From positions 1 to 52,633 of the forward strand of contig MFKK01000034.1 of the NCBI GenBank assembly GCA_001781035.1: a DNA stretch of 52,633 bases, written 5' to 3'. The notes beneath the pieces were generated by a model. That model was not told the DNA's origin, did not search any database, and was given only the letters and a program-made list of their open reading frames with translations. Source of the stretch: Candidatus Jorgensenbacteria bacterium RIFCSPLOWO2_01_FULL_45_25b (GTDB lineage Bacteria > Patescibacteriota > Minisyncoccia > UBA6257 > GWB1-50-10). Position numbers and translations under genes: made by a program. Shown piece by piece: positions 51,954-52,633 of this stretch. Numbering within the stretch: position 1 is the first letter of the stretch; each line of letters opens with the position of its first letter.

Positions 51954-52325
51954 TCAGGCAATTTTTAGAACTTCTTTAATTTTTGTAATGTCTTTGTCGT
52001 GTCTTGCGACCGCGTGCGAGATGGCCGGGATTTCTTCTTGAAGGTCTCGCAAGATGGTTATCATTTCGTCTTGATTTTGAAGAATCTGCGCGGTTGAATC
52101 ATCTACTTTCTTTTCCAGTTGATCAAATCGAGTATCATGTTCCATCGCTTTTTTCGCAAGCACATCAATTGCCCTTTCGTGATTATCAAACCTCTTGTCA
52201 TGACTATCAAACCTTCCGTCGTGCTCAAGCATCTTCTTGGCAAGCAGATCAATCGCTTTATCTTGAGCGTCAAATCTTTCATCATGCTCCTCCAGTTTAT
52301 GTAAGATTTTTTCTTCGTTGTTCAT
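51954..52325 (-). CDS. Coiled-coil protein with repeated 'HD-x-RFD' motifs, hypothetical
   Basis: Four motif copies are present: 'EHDERFDAQDKAIDLLAKK', 'EHDGRFDSHDKRFDNHERAIDVLAKK' (two copies) and 'EHDTRFDQLEKKVD'. Confidence 0.5.
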   Translation of the reverse strand: MNNEEKILHKLEEHDERFDAQDKAIDLLAKKMLEHDGRFDSHDKRFDNHERAIDVLAKKAMEHDTRFDQLEKKVDDSTAQILQNQDEMITILRDLQEEIPAISHAVARHDKDITKIKEVLKIA

Positions 52326-52381
52326 GAGGGAATTATATCATATTTTAAGAACTCTGGTTCGCAGGTTGTTTTCAGCTTTTA

Positions 52382-52603
52382 CTAAAGCTTTTTTTGATTC
52401 TTCTTTGGATATTTTTTTTGAAAATACTTTTTGCCCGCTTGCCATAGGTATACATCTATTTCTTTGTAGGTATATCTTTCCAGATTAAAATATTTTATAA
52501 ATTTGTCTATTATTTTTTTAAATTTTGAATAATCTTTTAGATATTGGTTTGTAAAATTGTGAAATTTGCCAAAATCTGAATTTTCTTTCCAATGAACTAA
52601 CAT
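52382..52603 (-). CDS. Hypothetical Lys/Tyr-rich protein in an AT-rich stretch
   Basis: This is an ORF call only, with no recognised motif. The composition shifts towards AT at the window end. Confidence 0.3.
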   Translation of the reverse strand: MLVHWKENSDFGKFHNFTNQYLKDYSKFKKIIDKFIKYFNLERYTYKEIDVYLWQAGKKYFQKKYPKKNQKKL

Positions 52604-52633
52604 TTTTTCTACAAAATAATCATAAATTGGATA

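Overview
Gene-dense, low-GC bacterial chromosome segment, mostly transcribed on the minus strand. The content looks like a Candidate Phyla Radiation / Patescibacteria (Parcubacteria-like) genome; this placement is an inference. It rests on a minimal housekeeping gene set, a 23S-5S operon with no 16S in the window, a LAGLIDADG intron plus several insertions in the 23S, ComEC, and soluble VirD4/TraD-like ATPases.

Recognisable genes:
- Cell envelope and secretion: M23 peptidase, murC, murA, mreB, secDF, an RseP-like protease, a P-type ATPase.
- Recombination and DNA handling: two tandem Xer-type recombinases, a RecB/Cas4-like nuclease, holB, a split ComEC, two VirD4/TraD-like ATPases.
- Translation: tgt, frr, mnmA, efp, metG, aspS, and the ribosomal block infA-rpmJ-rpsM-rpsK-rpsD-rpoA-rplQ followed by rplM-rpsI.
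- Other: an adk-like kinase, RNase HI, a methyltransferase, a DHH phosphoesterase, pgk, ndh, pcm.
- RNA genes: RNase P RNA (plus strand) and the 5S and 23S rRNAs (minus strand).

Four things stand out.
1. Families of tandem heptanucleotide repeats (AATTTCT, TAGGCTT, ACGAATA, GTTGAAA, GGATTAA, GAAATCC) occur throughout the window, usually as the arms of long imperfect hairpins. They fill almost every intergenic spacer of the ribosomal-protein operon and supply stop codons or C-termini of several genes. They sit in frame inside tgt, mnmA, murC and pgk. They are also inserted into the 23S rRNA at four sites and into RNase P RNA.
2. A candidate structured-RNA family is present in three divergent copies with compensatory stem changes, plus a second two-copy module. 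All lie in spacers, and the two best copies run antisense to the flanking genes.
3. A roughly 45-nt double-hairpin module is shared between RNase P RNA and 23S rRNA.
4. There are two atypical gene arrangements. One is a degenerate tyrosine recombinase fused to a nuclease-like domain, sitting next to a canonical Xer. The other is a soluble coupling-protein-like ATPase next to two membrane proteins.

No CRISPR array, tRNA, tmRNA or clear SRP RNA was recognised. All coordinates for RNAs and repeats are by eye and approximate to a few nucleotides.
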